Of a DNA stretch of 64,000 bases, positions 62,048 to 64,000 are shown one piece after another (within the stretch, counting starts at the first letter, position 1; every line of letters starts with the position of its first letter). This stretch comes from Lama guanicoe (lineage: Eukaryota), in contig MU054323.1 of NCBI GenBank assembly GCA_013239625.1, forward strand, positions 20,357,082 through 20,421,081. The letters are read 5' to 3'. Under the pieces are notes generated by a model. The model was not told the DNA's origin. It searched no databases and saw only the letters and a program-made list of their open reading frames with translations. The position numbers and the translations under genes are program-made.

Positions 62048-63213
62048 ATGTGTGAGGGCAGAGGGAGGGAGACCAGCAGGGCTGCCAGGCCCCTCTCTCA
62101 TCTCCAAGTCCTGAGCTCCAGGGGACCCCTTTGCAGACTTGTAGATGGTATGTGCGTGTGTGTGTCTGTCTGTCCATGGATACATCCTTCTTAGGGATGT
62201 CTGTGCCACTGAGGAACTGGAAGGCTGCAGAGGGTGAGGGTGATGGGGTGAGGAGTGCTGGAGCTGATGACAGTGACAGAGGAAAGAAGAGGGGATTAGG
62301 TGATGAGGATGATGAGATAACTAGCAATTCTCATAAAATCCGAACCCAAACCCTGGAAACCAGAAAGGACTGTGTGGAAGAAGAAGGCACCAGCCATCCA
62401 GGTGGAGTGAATGAGACAGGACATGCCTGACTCTTCGAGGTTCAGCGCTGGAAAGGGCCTAGCCGTCTAAACTGTTGGGTTGCTCTCCGCTGGGCGTCGT
62501 GGCCATCACCCCCCACACCATGCTAATGTGTGTGCATTGTGTTGTAGTGGGGTGTGAGGGAGGAGGAAGGGCTCTGAGGCCTTGCACCCACTTGGTTCAA
62601 GGACCCCTGCTTCTGCTGGTTTTCTACATTCGGGTCCCTCAATTAAGCGTCCTGACTGTAGAAAAGACTCGGAAATCACCTATTTAGAACAAGCCATTGC
62701 AACGCCAGTTTTTGTTACTCTCTTTGTGTGGGTTTTTAATGTATTATACACAATTGTTTTTAGTATAATATTATTAGTTCATATGTTTAAAAAATCTAAA
62801 ATCAGCATTATTTGTGTTGAAACCTTACCCAGAGAGTTCTGTGCTACATTTAAATTCCAAAGAGGACAAAGGGACACTCATTTAGGACGCATTTTCTTTT
62901 CTTTCTTTTTTTAAATTTTGTATTTCCATAATTCTCAAGAGGAGAAAGAAAATGCCAATCAACACAGCAAAGCTTCTGAAGTTCTAGTTCTGCTTCAGAG
63001 AACACAAGAGCATTGACATGGATACAGCTGATGGTGTGGGTCTCCATTTACACCTGATGAGAGTAAAGGAGGCTCTTATTAAAAAAGAAACCAAAAATGA
63101 ATGCTTGCTATCAATAAAAAGATCTCCGTCTCTGCCCACTTCTGCCAGAAAAAAACTTGAAGATCAACGAATATTTCATTTTCATAGTTAATTGCATTTT
63201 CTTGTTATCTTTT

Positions 63214-63351
63214 TTATTTTTGCATTTTTTGAGTGGGGGAGGTAATTAGGTTTATTTATTTATTTATTTAAAATGGAGGTACTGAGGATTGAATCCAGCA
63301 CCTAGTGCATGCTAAGTACACACTCTACCACTGAGCTATACCCTCCCCCCC
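63214..63351 (-). mobile_element. vic-1-like SINE with TSD
   Basis: Perfect flanking repeat attttcttgttatctttt at 63196-63213 and 63353-63370; head ctctaccactgagctataccctcccccc. Confidence 0.92.
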
Positions 63352-64000
63352 AATTTTCTTGTTATCTTTTGAATAGTAATTCATTTGAATAATTATTTAT
63401 TTTAAAATGTTTGTCTCCTAATGATTTGTTTGATTTAATATTAAATTTAATGTTTATATTTCTAGAAATGAATGTTTTACTTAATGTTTTGTTTATTAAT
63501 TTTTGAAATGGAAATAAATGTAATGTTTAGTTTCACTGATTTAAAAATTTATTAATAATTTTGAACACTTAAAATATGTGTATTAAGTAATTGTGTTTTG
63601 GTATTACACAAAAACTAAGCACAGCCTGTGTTGCAATCATTACGTGGGAAAATAACCCTGTCCTGACACAAAGAACAAGCTACCATTCAGAGAAATTGAG
63701 GTGACTTACCCCAAGGTCACATGATATTTAGTGAATGGCGAGGGTGGCATATAAATCCTGCTCTTCCTTTGTTCAGTCTATAGCATGTCCTCACCCTGCG
63801 CTGCCTCTAGGCCCTCCGACCCAGGAAACACCAGTGTGGTTCCTCCTCCTGTGTGTTCCTGGTCACATCCCTGTTGAAATCCCAAACCTAACTCAGGACT
63901 GCAAGGCTGGGTCCCACTGTTCTTAGAGATGATGAAACCACAGGACCCCAAACCCACTCTCCCTTGCCCATCAGCTCGCAGAACCCAAAGGGCCACGAGG

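Noticed and set aside
1..64000. A previously undescribed multi-component biological system
   Set aside because: Nothing recognisable supports one; the content is explained by a tRNA gene, known repeat classes and putative cis-regulatory DNA. Small or non-coding elements without sequence hallmarks could have been missed by eye.

Overview
Mammalian intergenic DNA with no supportable protein-coding gene; the supplied ORFs look like chance frames in GC-rich or repeat sequence. Seven copies of a tRNA-Ala-derived SINE resembling camelid vic-1 suggest a camelid genome (alpaca/camel; inference). The only confident gene is an intron-containing tRNA-Ile(TAT) at 5266-5358 (+) inside a ~1.7 kb CpG island. 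From memory it matches human tRNA-Ile-TAT-2-1 on 2p21, which would place the window in the gene-poor interval between HAAO and ZFP36L2 (needs an alignment). The rest is a mosaic of old repeats (L1, L2, L3/CR1, MIR, MaLR LTRs, hAT transposons), younger lineage-specific SINE/L1 insertions with visible target-site duplications, two CTCF-like motifs, several repeat-free motif-dense blocks that may be enhancers, and one 68-N gap. I found no convincing new biological system. The best leads are a MaLR element whose upstream LTR is inverted, the oversized CpG island around the tRNA, and the candidate enhancer/insulator array. Repeat families and boundaries were assigned by eye from remembered consensus features and are approximate; tRNA, TSD, tandem-repeat and gap coordinates were counted directly.
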